NCBI GenBank assembly: GCA_041300025.1
Contig: JBGLNL010000001.1
Span: forward strand, 1,518,792 to 1,582,791
Length of the DNA: 64,000 nt
Source: Dehalococcoidia bacterium
GTDB lineage: Bacteria; Chloroflexota; Dehalococcoidia; SZUA-161; SpSt-899
Reading direction: 5' to 3'
The translations under genes were made by a program, and so were the position numbers. Under the pieces are notes generated by a model. That model ran no database searches and was not told the origin of the DNA. It was given only the letters and a program-made list of their open reading frames with translations. The stretch's first letter is position 1, and the number at the start of each line of letters is the position of its first letter. Shown here piece by piece: positions 40,905-51,335 of the stretch.

Positions 40905-41906
40905 ATGGAACGAGACAAAAATAGAATAAGAAGGGATAGTGCCAGTCGGCGGAGAGCCTTCCTCACCGCTCTTGTCTGGCTGCTTGCCACCTTAGTATTA
41001 GGAGGTTTGCTGCTATTCAGAATCGATGCTGCGCTGATAGGAGCAGTCGTTTATGGACTTTTCGCTGTAGTGCTGACCATTTATTTAGCTCTGACTCCAC
41101 GCCCCAGCACAACTTTCTCCGGATTTACTAGCCCCAAGGCAACATTACCAGGGCGGTTCACAGTCATCATCTTAGGATTTGGAATCCTAATTGGCTTAAG
41201 TCTTGTGCTGCGTCAAGGTGCTATCCTTGTTGTCGGCTCAGCCTTGGTTGCTCTGTGGCTTATCGTGCGCCAGCGGCAACAGATGAGGATGCGACAGTTC
41301 TTACTTGGCGGTCTTATCGGTCTGTTCTGCGGGCTGGCGACGCTGTTGTTTCGCCCAGGCGATTTGTTTCTGGCCTTACTCTATACATTGACTACCCCAC
41401 TCCTATTCGTCGCGGGCAACCTGTTGCTCACACGGACTGCCTTGACTCAGGTACGGATACTCCATGGCCAGATGCGACAAGCTCTTCGTAGTTTCATGTG
41501 GGCGGGTATCCTATCAGTTCCGTTAATTCTCCTGAACCTCCTTGGGGGCATCTCCCCAACTGAAGGGAGAATTGACCAGTGGTGGGAACCTTTCTATGCG
41601 TTCGTGCCAGCCTTGTCCGAGGAAGTCTGGGCACGCTTGTTTCTTATCACGCTAGGCTATGCTTGGCTGCGCCCGGTAGTCAAAGCTCATTCAGGCCAGG
41701 CAATTGGGTTTGCTGTGCTCTTAGCGGCTTTGGCACATGGGCTGGCACACTATCCAGCAACTTCCGTACTAAGTGCGGTCATGACGGGCTTGGTAGTAGG
41801 CGTTCCACTGGGCATGTTGTTTATTAGTCGGGATTGGGAGAGTGCAGTTGGGTATCACTTCTTCCCGGTGTTTGCGCGCTTTGTAATGATTTTCTTGCAG
41901 GCTTGA
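40905..41906 (+). CDS. CPBP family intramembrane metalloprotease
   Basis: EEVWAR, HGLAHY, GYHF. Confidence 0.8.
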   Translation: MERDKNRIRRDSASRRRAFLTALVWLLATLVLGGLLLFRIDAALIGAVVYGLFAVVLTIYLALTPRPSTTFSGFTSPKATLPGRFTVIILGFGILIGLSLVLRQGAILVVGSALVALWLIVRQRQQMRMRQFLLGGLIGLFCGLATLLFRPGDLFLALLYTLTTPLLFVAGNLLLTRTALTQVRILHGQMRQALRSFMWAGILSVPLILLNLLGGISPTEGRIDQWWEPFYAFVPALSEEVWARLFLITLGYAWLRPVVKAHSGQAIGFAVLLAALAHGLAHYPATSVLSAVMTGLVVGVPLGMLFISRDWESAVGYHFFPVFARFVMIFLQA

Positions 41907-41992
41907 GTTGAGGTAAGAGCAGCTTAACCACCAATGAAATTGAGTTCATACCACTGAGTCTTGAGAGGGGAGAACTGTCTGAGAGGACAAGT

Positions 41993-42454
41993 TTGGAACT
42001 AGACAAAGCAAAAGAAAGGAATAGAAGCATCTTAATTCAAGCATCAGTCGCTTATGTGCTATTTTGCGGAATCAGTGCCTTAAGTCGGATTGTCGCGCCT
42101 TTTTTCTTTCTGATGATATTGACTGGAATTGTATTTCCGTTGATTTGGGCTAAAAAGCACCACAACTGGGCAGAGATTGGATTCCGCCGCGGGAATCTAG
42201 CGAAAGCTGTATTGTGGGGGATTGGCGCTGGACTGGCGACCAGTATTTACATCTATCTTATTTTTGGAAGAAACCGGGATATTCCGGAAATGGTTGGTTT
42301 ACAGTTGATAGTTGGCACGCCGATTTGGTTCCTGGTCATGAGCCCTTTCCAGGAGTTCTTTTTCAGAGGATGGCTTCAGCCCAAATTGCAGCTAGGCATT
42401 GGAAAGTGGAAAGGATTGCTTCTCACGTCAGCGTGTTTCACACTATGGCACTTT
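41993..42454 (+). CDS. CPBP family protease, 3'-truncated
   Basis: QEFFFRG, FTLWHF, then the repeat begins. Confidence 0.8.
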
Positions 42455-42598
42455 AACACAGTGAAGAATCTTTTTTGAAGCTGAGCCTCGGAGATTCTTC
42501 GTCATAAATTCCTCAGAATGACACATTTTTTGATATTTTCGGACAACCCCAGTTTGTATTGGGGGACACCCCCAAAACCCCCGGCAGGAAGAATCCTG
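42455..42598. mobile_element. MITE-like element, partial copy 3
   Basis: First ~94 nt differ from 62538-62632 at 3 positions, followed by the GGGGGACACCCCC module. Confidence 0.75.
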
Positions 42599-42621
42599 AA
42601 TCTCATTATTTCCCGAATCAG

Positions 42622-45183
42622 TCATGAACGCGCTTTCTTCTGCAAATCATAGAGTCTTGTTATGGCCTCCAGTGGGGTCATGGAATCTATATCCAGATGC
42701 TGCAATTCCTCCACTATCGGAGGGGTTGAACCGAAAAGCGGTATCTGTGATGAGACTGGAATACTCTTTTTTGCCAAATGAGCTTTGCCTTTCTCTCCGG
42801 TCCCGTTTTCCAGTCCCTCCAGAATTTCCTCGGCGCGGTGAACCACCGACCGGGGCAATCCTGCCAGCTGGGCTACGTGGATTCCATAGCTTCGGTCGGC
42901 TCCACCGGGAACGATCTTCCTCAGGAAGACAACCTTGCCCCCCTCTTCCGTCACCGCCACATTACAGTTTTCCACTCTGGGCAGGAGGCTGGCCAGTTCC
43001 ACCAACTCATGGTAGTGGGTAGCAAACAGCGTTTTGGCACCAAGCTGCGGGTTGTTATGAATGTACTCCGCCACCGCATGGGCGATGGAGAGCCCATCAT
43101 AGGTGCTTGTTCCCCGGCCAATCTCATCGAGGATGATCAGCGATTTCGGGGTGGCGTTATTCAGAATGTTAGCCGTCTCGGTCATCTCGATCATAAAGGT
43201 GGAGCGGCCGGTGGCCAGATCATCCATCAAACCTACCCGGGTGAAAATGCGATCCACCAGTCCGATGGTAGCCGAATCGGCGGGGACGAAGGAACCGATC
43301 TGAGCCATGAGAACGATCAGGGCCACCTGCCGCAGATAAGTTGATTTCCCCGCCATGTTGGGTCCGGTCAAAATGATGATCTGCGATTCGCTGTTGGAAA
43401 GAAAGGTATCGTTGGGCACGAATCTGCCCTCGGTCAAGACCTGTTCCACCACCGGATGCCGCCCGCCGGTTATCCGGATTGAATCGCCGGTAGTCATTTC
43501 CGGCCTGACATAGCTGTGACGAGCCGCTGCTTCAGCGAAAGCAGCCAGTATATCAATTCGGGCGATGGATTGGGCTGTTGACATAATCCTATCTCCCCAC
43601 CCGCCAACCTGCTGGCAGACCTGCCGAAAAAGGGTGTTTTCCAGTTCCGAAATGCGGTCTTCGGCATTGAGGATTAATGATTCGTATTCTTTGAGTTCAG
43701 GAGTGAAGAAGCGTTCCGCACCCACGAGTGTCTGCTTGCGAATGAAATTTTCTGGTATCTTATCCAGATGGGCGCTGGTGACCTCGATATAGTATCCGAA
43801 GACCTTGTTATAACCAACTTTCAGCGATCTGATCCCGGTTCGCTCCCGTTCCCTGCTTTCCATATCGGCGAGATACTGTTTGGCGTTTCGCGAAGCGGAA
43901 CGAATCTGGTCTAAATCCGGCGAGAACCCCGGCTTGATCAGTTCCCCGTAAGCGGATGCTTCATCGACTATGGCCTTGGAGATTAAATCCGCCGCCTGGG
44001 GGCAGGGCTTCAATTCAGAGGAAAGCCAGTTGAGTGGAGACGATTCATCTCCAATTATGGCTTTTATCTGCGGCACAGCCTCGAGGCTGTGCCGCAGGGA
44101 GACAAGCTCCCGGGCAATGGCAATACCTGATCTTACTCGATTGATCAGCCTTTCCATATCGTCAAGCTTGCTCAGGCTATTGATGAGCTCGATTCTACGG
44201 GAGGTATTTTCTATAAACCAGGCCACAGCTTCCTGCCGCTGGTTTATGGAATCGATATCCAGCAGAGGCTGGCCCAGCCATTTTTTGATCAGCCGTCCGC
44301 CCATCGGGGTTCTGGTGAGATCGATCACCCGGAGCAACGAACTTGTTCCGGTTCCCATATGCCCTGATTGGAAAAGTTCCAGATTCTGGCGGGTCTGGGC
44401 ATCGAGAATCATGAAAGCTTCGGTCGAGTAGGTGGAAAGCTTCGGCAACTGGCCGAGCGCTCCTTTTTGAGTCGTTTCAAGGTAATGGATTATCGCCCCG
44501 GCTGCACGGATCGCCAGCGGCAGGCCGGCACAGCCGTAGCCTTCGAGCGTGGCCACCTCAAAATGCTCCAGCAGCGCCCGGCGTGCGGTCTCCTCTTCAA
44601 ACCATCGATCATCGAGCACAGTCGGAGAGCCCGGCAAAGGCGGCAAATTATGTTCTTTGGGGATAAGAATCTCGGAAGGATTCAGCCGCTCAAGCTCGGC
44701 GATGGCGCGGTTGGCGCTGATCTGAGTGGTGGCGAATTCGCTTGTGGTTATATCCACATAGGCGATGCCCGCTTTTTCGCCATCGGAAACTACTGAAGCC
44801 AGATAATTATTGGATGTGCTTTCCAGCAGATTGGGCTCGACAACAGTTCCCGGAGTAACGACTCGAACAACGTCTCGATCGACCAGTCCTTTGCTGGTTT
44901 TGGGATCGCTGGTTTGCTCGCAAATGGCCACTTTGTGCCCGGCAGCGATCAGTTTGGCCAGATAGCTTTCCAGTGCATGGTGGGGAATGCCGGCCATGGG
45001 AAACCGCTGTCCTTTTCCCATAGATCGTGAGGTAAGCACGATCTGCAGTTCTCGTGATACAACCTCGGCGTCGGCTTCAAATGTCTCGTAAAAATCGCCC
45101 AGCCGGAAGAAGACAATAGTCTCAGGATACTGCTCCTTGACTTTGAGATACTGGCGTCGGATGGGGGTTGGGTCCTTGGTCAT
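42622..45183 (-). CDS. mutS: DNA mismatch repair protein MutS
   Basis: FRLGDFYE, TGPNMAGKST, STFM, DEIGRGT, ATHYHEL. Confidence 0.99.
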   Translation of the reverse strand: MTKDPTPIRRQYLKVKEQYPETIVFFRLGDFYETFEADAEVVSRELQIVLTSRSMGKGQRFPMAGIPHHALESYLAKLIAAGHKVAICEQTSDPKTSKGLVDRDVVRVVTPGTVVEPNLLESTSNNYLASVVSDGEKAGIAYVDITTSEFATTQISANRAIAELERLNPSEILIPKEHNLPPLPGSPTVLDDRWFEEETARRALLEHFEVATLEGYGCAGLPLAIRAAGAIIHYLETTQKGALGQLPKLSTYSTEAFMILDAQTRQNLELFQSGHMGTGTSSLLRVIDLTRTPMGGRLIKKWLGQPLLDIDSINQRQEAVAWFIENTSRRIELINSLSKLDDMERLINRVRSGIAIARELVSLRHSLEAVPQIKAIIGDESSPLNWLSSELKPCPQAADLISKAIVDEASAYGELIKPGFSPDLDQIRSASRNAKQYLADMESRERERTGIRSLKVGYNKVFGYYIEVTSAHLDKIPENFIRKQTLVGAERFFTPELKEYESLILNAEDRISELENTLFRQVCQQVGGWGDRIMSTAQSIARIDILAAFAEAAARHSYVRPEMTTGDSIRITGGRHPVVEQVLTEGRFVPNDTFLSNSESQIIILTGPNMAGKSTYLRQVALIVLMAQIGSFVPADSATIGLVDRIFTRVGLMDDLATGRSTFMIEMTETANILNNATPKSLIILDEIGRGTSTYDGLSIAHAVAEYIHNNPQLGAKTLFATHYHELVELASLLPRVENCNVAVTEEGGKVVFLRKIVPGGADRSYGIHVAQLAGLPRSVVHRAEEILEGLENGTGEKGKAHLAKKSIPVSSQIPLFGSTPPIVEELQHLDIDSMTPLEAITRLYDLQKKARS

Positions 45184-45307
45184 CGAGGTTTATTCTACTA
45201 GAAACCGGCGTGCAAATCCAAGAAGTGCCATGCCAAATGAGTTCGGATTTGCTTGACGAAAGCTTGCGGCTCGTGTAGTCTAGGGTTGCATTTTACGAGG
45301 CACAAAG

Positions 45308-45690
45308 ATGAAAATCCAGCTTTATGATACCACTCTGCGCGATGGCGCTCAGCAGGAAGGGATTTCCTTTTCGGTTGAGGATAAAATCAAAATTGCGCGC
45401 AAGCTCGATGAATTAGGGATTCATTTTATCGAAGGCGGATGGCCGGGGTCGAATCCCAAAGATACCGAATTTTTCCAGCGGTTGCGGCAGATGAAATTCG
45501 TCAAATCGATTCCGGTCGCTTTTGGCAGCACCCGGCGCCCGAAATCGCAAGCCGAAAATGATAATAATCTGAAGGGCCTGCTGGAGGCGAAAACAAAAGT
45601 GGCGACTCTGGTGGGGAAAGGATCATCTGAACAGGTAAAAAAGGTTCTTAAAACCAGCCTCGATGAAAATCTGGAAATGGTCGCCGATTC
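45308..45690 (+). CDS. cimA: Citramalate synthase, N-terminal fragment
   Basis: DTTLRDGAQQEG, IEGGWPGSNPKD, AFGSTRR. Confidence 0.9.
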
Positions 45691-47062
45691 ACGGCGTCTG
45701 GATTTTGCGTTTCTGGCTGGCTCTTCGCTTCCAGTCACTCGGCGGATGCCGGCTCTGGACATCAAAGCCCAGCTGAGCCAGTTTCATGGGATTGTAGAGG
45801 TTACGGCCGTCGAAGATCACCGGAGTACGTAAACGGGATTTCAGGCGCTCGAAGTCGGGGGTGCGAAACATGGTCCAATCGGTATGAATAATCAGGGCCT
45901 CAGCGCCTTCCACCGCCTCATACATATCTACGGCGTAGGTAATGGCGGGGTTGGCTTCGCCGAAATATTTCCGGGCCGTGTTGACCGCCTGAGGGTCGTA
46001 GACTTTCAGGCGAGCGCCCTTATCTAAGAGAGCTGACATGACCGCCAACGCCGGCGCTTCCCGGATGTCGTCGGTCCAGGGTTTGAAAGATATTCCCCAC
46101 ACTCCCAAAACCCGGCCTTCCAGGGTATTGCCGAAGTAATTACTAATTAAGTCGATAAAAAGCTGCCGCTGGTCCTGGTTGATGGCTTCGGTGGCTTCCA
46201 AAAGCCTGGGGTCGTAATGAACCGATTTAGCCGTCTGAATCAGACCTCGAATGCCCTGGGAAAAACGGAACCCGCCATAGCCCAGCCCCGGGAACAGAAA
46301 AAGATTGCCGATACGGGAATCGGAACCGAGGCCCTGGCGGATCAGATTGATATCTGCACCAGTGGCGGCGCAGATATTGGCCAACTCATTGATAAAGGAT
46401 ATCTTGGTTGCCAAAAAGGCACTGGCAGCAAACTTAATAAGTTCAGCCGAAATTACGTCCATGACAATTATGGGGCGGTTGGTCCGGACAAAGGGAGCAT
46501 ACAGGTCCTTCATCAATTCCGCCGCCTCGGCCCGGTCGCAGCCGATGACAATGCGTTCAGGCTTCATAAAATCTTCAATGGCAGTTCCCTGTTTGATGAA
46601 TTCCGGGTCGGAGACCACATCGAACTCATAATCCACTTCCCGCTCTGCCAACTCCGCGGCGATCGTCTGACGAATCCGGACGGCAGTCCCCACCGGAACA
46701 TTGGATTTATTGACAATAACCTTATAACCATTGAGGCTGCGGCCTATCTGTCGGGCTATCTCCAGAAGGGCATTCAGATCGGCGGCCTCATCCTCATTGG
46801 GCCCCTGACTCAAGGCGAGATAGATGATCAGGCTGTTTTCCACGGCTTTAGCCAGGTTGGTGCTGAAAAACAGCCGATTGCCCATACAATTGCGGCGGAT
46901 TAAATCTTCCAGTCCAGGTTCGTAAACCGACAGTCGGTAGTGATCTAAATCATCAATTTTCTTTTCATCACTATCAACGCAAATGACCTCGTTGCCCATT
47001 TCCGCAAAGCAGGCGGCCGTTATCAGGCCGATATAACCTGCCCCAATGATGGTTAATTTCAT
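45689..47062 (-). CDS. UDP-glucose/GDP-mannose dehydrogenase family protein lacking the catalytic Cys
   Basis: GAGYIG, YEPGL, PEF, KPWTDDIRE, DGRN present; GGSCFPKD replaced by GGFRFSQG. Confidence 0.88.
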   Translation of the reverse strand: MKLTIIGAGYIGLITAACFAEMGNEVICVDSDEKKIDDLDHYRLSVYEPGLEDLIRRNCMGNRLFFSTNLAKAVENSLIIYLALSQGPNEDEAADLNALLEIARQIGRSLNGYKVIVNKSNVPVGTAVRIRQTIAAELAEREVDYEFDVVSDPEFIKQGTAIEDFMKPERIVIGCDRAEAAELMKDLYAPFVRTNRPIIVMDVISAELIKFAASAFLATKISFINELANICAATGADINLIRQGLGSDSRIGNLFLFPGLGYGGFRFSQGIRGLIQTAKSVHYDPRLLEATEAINQDQRQLFIDLISNYFGNTLEGRVLGVWGISFKPWTDDIREAPALAVMSALLDKGARLKVYDPQAVNTARKYFGEANPAITYAVDMYEAVEGAEALIIHTDWTMFRTPDFERLKSRLRTPVIFDGRNLYNPMKLAQLGFDVQSRHPPSDWKRRASQKRKIQTP

Positions 47063-47111
47063 AGAGCCTCAGATTTTTATGGGGATTCAGAATGTTAGAT
47101 CAGAATCAGTC

Positions 47112-48491
47112 TTACAGACGCGGGCCTTTTGGAACCCAGTCGACAGAAACTAATTGGAGTTCCCCGTTTTCCAGAACATCCACGGTTTTTTCAAATAATT
47201 TGTTTGCCCCGGAATCATATAACTCAGGGGTGATGGTGCCGCCGATAATGATGCACTCGTCGATGACCGAGCCCCGGCGGACTTCATGACGGTCCACCAT
47301 CTTCCGCTCCCGTACCGGAATTTTCTCCCCTGTTTTGGTAAAAAAGGCATAGCGCTTCCAAAGCACGGAATTGCTAATGTGGACATCCTTTTCTATGGTC
47401 CAGCCGTCGCCGATAACCGCGTAAGGACCAATCTTAGCCCCACGCTCGATTATACATTCATGGCCGATTACTACCGGCGGGATAATGGTCACTTCCGCAA
47501 AGTTAATGACGACATTACTGCCTAAATATCCCCAAGGCAGTTTTTGGTAGGGCAAATCAACACTTATATGACCTTCAAGGACGGATTTATTGATGGAGAG
47601 ATAATCCCGTTTCCGTCCCACATCAAACCATAACCCATCATACCGCACCCCCCAGAGTGGATACTTCCTGAGTAATTTAACATAGTCCAACTTTCCCAAC
47701 ATGGCCGGGAAAACATGCTTGCCGAAATCATAGAAAGGTTCCGGAATATCTTTGGACGCAGCAGTTCGCCGGGGGTCGAGCTCTTTGAGGAGGTCCATTT
47801 CGATAACATATACCGACGCATTATTGAGGTTTGAAGGAGAGTTCGGGTCCTTTTCGATGAAATCAACGATCGGGCCTGACTCTGAAATGAGACCGTTAAA
47901 ACTCTCGGTGGGTCCTAATTGCACGGTCCCGAAATCCTGGCGCCGTTCCCAGGGTATGGGGGAAAGCAGCATCGTCAATGCCGCGCCCTGACGCCGGTGA
48001 ATTTCGTATATCTGCTGCAGTAATTCCGAGCCGAAATTAGTGACAATATCGCCACTAGGGGCGATAATGGTTGAACCCCTAAAGGGCGGTAACTGAACCG
48101 GCCCTTCCTCCGCTAAAACCAATTTTGCCGCTGCGCCCAGAGCCTGCTTGCAAATACCGCCCAATGTCCCGCTGGGCTCTTTTTCCTCCACATAGGTGAT
48201 ATCGGCGCCGAATTGAAGCCCGTCTTTGAAATACGACTTTATCGTATCTTTGAGAACGCAGAGGTTCATGGAGATATTGGTGATACCGGATTCGACGGCT
48301 CTTCTGACCCAGACCTCTGCCATGGGTATAATACCGCCCAGAGGGAACATGGGCTTGGGAAGATGATGCGTCGGGATCGGATCCATACGGCTGCCTAAAC
48401 CGGCCGCCAAAATACAAAGCTTAATTTGATCCTGCACCTTTTGCCGGTACGCCCAGGTATTTTTTAATATATTATCAAGTTCAACTGGCAT
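47112..48491 (-). CDS. NDP-sugar pyrophosphorylase with a left-handed beta-helix C-terminus
   Basis: LAAGLGSRM..PKPM, FIEK, WFDVG, hexapeptide repeats. Confidence 0.85.
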   Translation of the reverse strand: MPVELDNILKNTWAYRQKVQDQIKLCILAAGLGSRMDPIPTHHLPKPMFPLGGIIPMAEVWVRRAVESGITNISMNLCVLKDTIKSYFKDGLQFGADITYVEEKEPSGTLGGICKQALGAAAKLVLAEEGPVQLPPFRGSTIIAPSGDIVTNFGSELLQQIYEIHRRQGAALTMLLSPIPWERRQDFGTVQLGPTESFNGLISESGPIVDFIEKDPNSPSNLNNASVYVIEMDLLKELDPRRTAASKDIPEPFYDFGKHVFPAMLGKLDYVKLLRKYPLWGVRYDGLWFDVGRKRDYLSINKSVLEGHISVDLPYQKLPWGYLGSNVVINFAEVTIIPPVVIGHECIIERGAKIGPYAVIGDGWTIEKDVHISNSVLWKRYAFFTKTGEKIPVRERKMVDRHEVRRGSVIDECIIIGGTITPELYDSGANKLFEKTVDVLENGELQLVSVDWVPKGPRL

Positions 48492-48629
48492 GTTTAATCC
48501 TTCTCTAAAGAAATTTCCCTTACGTTCCGCAGGATACTTTACTGATTCTCGAAAGTCCTTTCTCACGGGCTGCAGAGGGCACGATGCATTGTGTCGCTAG
48601 GTGAGAATTTATTTTTGAGAACAGCTATA

Positions 48630-49057
48630 TTATTTTTTTACAGCTCTGGAAGGGAGCACCTCTAGAAGAGAAGGCGATATGCCATTCATTACCTGATTCA
48701 ACTTCTTGTCAAACGGTTTCCCGATATAGTAATAAGGAATATTTTGTTCTTTCATCTTGTCCGGGTCAAAGATATTGCGGCCGTCAAAAACCAGCGGATT
48801 TGCCATCAAGGCCTTGATACGGCTAAGGTCGAACCGGCGGAAAATATCCCATTCCGTATTAATAATCAGGGCCTCAGCTCCAACTAAAGCCTCTTCAGGA
48901 GATGAAGTATAAATAATACGCTCCGGATAAGGATAATCCAGGAAGAAGTTTTTTACCTCATCCATGGCCACTGGGTCGTAAACCTGCAAAACCGCTCCCA
49001 TATCCAACAGGCGCTCCATCACTGTTAAGGCCGGGGCCTCTCTGATATCGTCGGTAT
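48630..49057 (-). CDS. Second UDP-glucose dehydrogenase family protein, C-terminal fragment
   Basis: [21 protein letters not shown]. Confidence 0.88.
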
Positions 49058-49059
49058 AA

Positions 49060-49541
49060 TCCTGAGTGTCAAGGCCCATGATAAGGGCACCGGGAAGGAA
49101 CAGAAAATTACCATCACAGCTTCGAGCGGACTCTCCAAGCAGGAGATTGAAAAGATGCAGAAGGAAGCCGAGCAGCATGCCTCTGATGACGCCAGGCGTA
49201 AGGAAGAGGTGGAGACCCGCAATATGGCCGATAATATGGCATACCAGGCAGAGAAAATGCTGCGCGATAATGCCGATAAGGTAAAGGCCGATTTGAAAAG
49301 CGAGATCGAAGGTAAGATATCTAATGTCAAAAATGCTCTCAATGGTACCGATATCGAGGCTATTAAAAATGCCAGTAAAGAGCTTTCCGAGTCCATGCAG
49401 AAACTGGGGACTGCCGTTTATGAGCAGGCAGCACAATCAGGCCCGCCGCCCGGGGCGGGGGGATCTGCTGGAGGGGATGCCACCGGCGGTGATTCTGGAG
49501 GTGATGATGGAACCGTCGAAGGCGAATTCCGGGAAGTCTAA
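49060..49541 (+). CDS. dnaK: Chaperone DnaK, C-terminal fragment
   Basis: [25 protein letters not shown], Gly-rich tail, VEGEFREV. Confidence 0.95.
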
Positions 49542-49564
49542 TTCGGCTGCATTCTCAGAAACTG

Positions 49565-49595
49565 AAAACAGGGCTGGCAAAACCAGCCCTGTTTT
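49565..49595. terminator. Intrinsic terminator after dnaK
   Basis: AAAACAGGGCTGG-CAAAA-CCAGCCCTGTTTT. Confidence 0.85.
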
Positions 49596-49644
49596 GAATT
49601 GACGCGGCTGGCAATAATGAGGTAGAGTTACTTTGATAAGTCAG

Positions 49645-51324
49645 ATGAAATGGAAAATTCTTCAACCAGCTTCCAAAGAGCATCTCTCGAAATATCCCGC
49701 TGATGTTCCGCCTTTGCTGGCTCAATTGCTGTATAACCGTGGCATCACCGATCCTGCCGAAGCGGAAAAATTCCTTGCCGCTGATGATCGGCTGAGACAT
49801 GATCCGGCTCTTTTACCGGATATTGATAAGGCAGTGGCCCGGATATTGAAGGCCACCCACAACGGGGAAACCATAGCTGTTTTTGGCGACTTCGATGCTG
49901 ATGGTGTTACGGCTACTGCGGTTCTGGTCAAGGGTATAGAGCAGATTGGTGGAAAGGTCATTCCTTACATTCCACATCGGGTGGAGGAGGGGCATGGGCT
50001 AAATATACCGGCTCTGGATAAATTGCACGCTCAGGGCGCATCCCTCATTGTCACGGTCGATTGCGGAATCACGGGTGCTCCTGAAGGGGAATATGCCCGG
50101 CAACTGGGAATCGATCTGATCATAACCGATCACCACGAAGTCGTTGACTCCATACCCAGAGCGCTGGCAGTGGTTGATCCCAAATTGCCTGATTCAACCT
50201 ATCCTTTCCGCGAACTGGCTGGAGTCGGGGTTGCCTACAAACTGGTTGAGAGTCTGTTCAACGCAACGGGGCGAAATGGGCAGGTCGAGGAATTCCTTGA
50301 TCTGGTAGCTCTGGGCACAGTCGCCGATCTGGTGCCGCTCCTGGATGAAAATCGCTATCTGGTAAATCGCGGACTTCAGATTCTGAACAGTACCAGCCGT
50401 GCCGGAATAGGAGCGATGATTTCTCAGGCCGGTTTGGAATTTGGCGGGCTTGATTCCGGTGACATATCATTTGCGCTGGCTCCACGCCTCAATGCTGCCG
50501 GCAGACTGGACCACGCCTCTGTAAGCTATGACATTCTGGTAACCGATTCCCCCGAAGAAGCCCGTCAACTGGCTGAACTGCTTGGCAAGCGAAATATCGA
50601 ACGCCAGAATTTGACTCGTGAGTATACGGCTCTGGCAGAAGAGAAGCTCGGGGCCATCGGTTCCGGCACCCCGATTCTCATCGTAGCTGATGAGGAATTC
50701 CACGCCGGCGTGAACGGAGTAGTGGCGGGCAAGCTGACCGACAGGTACTATCGCCCGGCGATCGTGATTGAGATGGGCGATCAGGAGAGCAGCGGCAGCG
50801 CCCGCAGTATCCCGGAATTCAACATGATCGCCGCATTTCGGGAATGTGCTGATTTGTTCTCACGCTACGGCGGACACGAACAGGCAGCGGGATTCGGAAT
50901 GCCCAACAGTAACATTGATAATTTGAAGCGGAGAATGCTGGCAATCGCAGGTGACAGGCTTACCGGGATTGACCTTCAGCCTACCGTGAATATTGATGCT
51001 GAAATCCAGCTAACTTCCATGCGGCAGGGAGCGCTGAATCTGGTTAAGCGACTCGAACCCTGCGGGAAAAATAACAATGCCCCAACTTTTCTAAGTCGAG
51101 GTGTCAGGGTCATGGAAGCGAGACCCGTCGGCAGCGATGGCGATCATCTTAAACTCAAACTGGGAGATAAGGGAATGACATGGGACGCTATCGGATTTGG
51201 ACTCAATTACTTGAATGTTGATAATCCTCCGCTCATTGATATTGTCTATAATTTGAATCTGAACCGCTGGCGCGGGCAGGAATCGCTCCAGCTTGAAATC
51301 ATTGATTTTTCCCCCAGCATGTAA
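49645..51324 (+). CDS. recJ: ssDNA exonuclease RecJ
   Basis: DFDADG, VDCG, TDHH, GSARS, GGHEQAAG. Confidence 0.97.
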   Translation: MKWKILQPASKEHLSKYPADVPPLLAQLLYNRGITDPAEAEKFLAADDRLRHDPALLPDIDKAVARILKATHNGETIAVFGDFDADGVTATAVLVKGIEQIGGKVIPYIPHRVEEGHGLNIPALDKLHAQGASLIVTVDCGITGAPEGEYARQLGIDLIITDHHEVVDSIPRALAVVDPKLPDSTYPFRELAGVGVAYKLVESLFNATGRNGQVEEFLDLVALGTVADLVPLLDENRYLVNRGLQILNSTSRAGIGAMISQAGLEFGGLDSGDISFALAPRLNAAGRLDHASVSYDILVTDSPEEARQLAELLGKRNIERQNLTREYTALAEEKLGAIGSGTPILIVADEEFHAGVNGVVAGKLTDRYYRPAIVIEMGDQESSGSARSIPEFNMIAAFRECADLFSRYGGHEQAAGFGMPNSNIDNLKRRMLAIAGDRLTGIDLQPTVNIDAEIQLTSMRQGALNLVKRLEPCGKNNNAPTFLSRGVRVMEARPVGSDGDHLKLKLGDKGMTWDAIGFGLNYLNVDNPPLIDIVYNLNLNRWRGQESLQLEIIDFSPSM

Positions 51325-51335
51325 GGTGATAGCAC

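Noticed and set aside
48630-49436. 268 aa ORF suggesting an N-terminally extended ugd
   Set aside because: The N-terminal half is the antisense of dnaK across junction ~49060.
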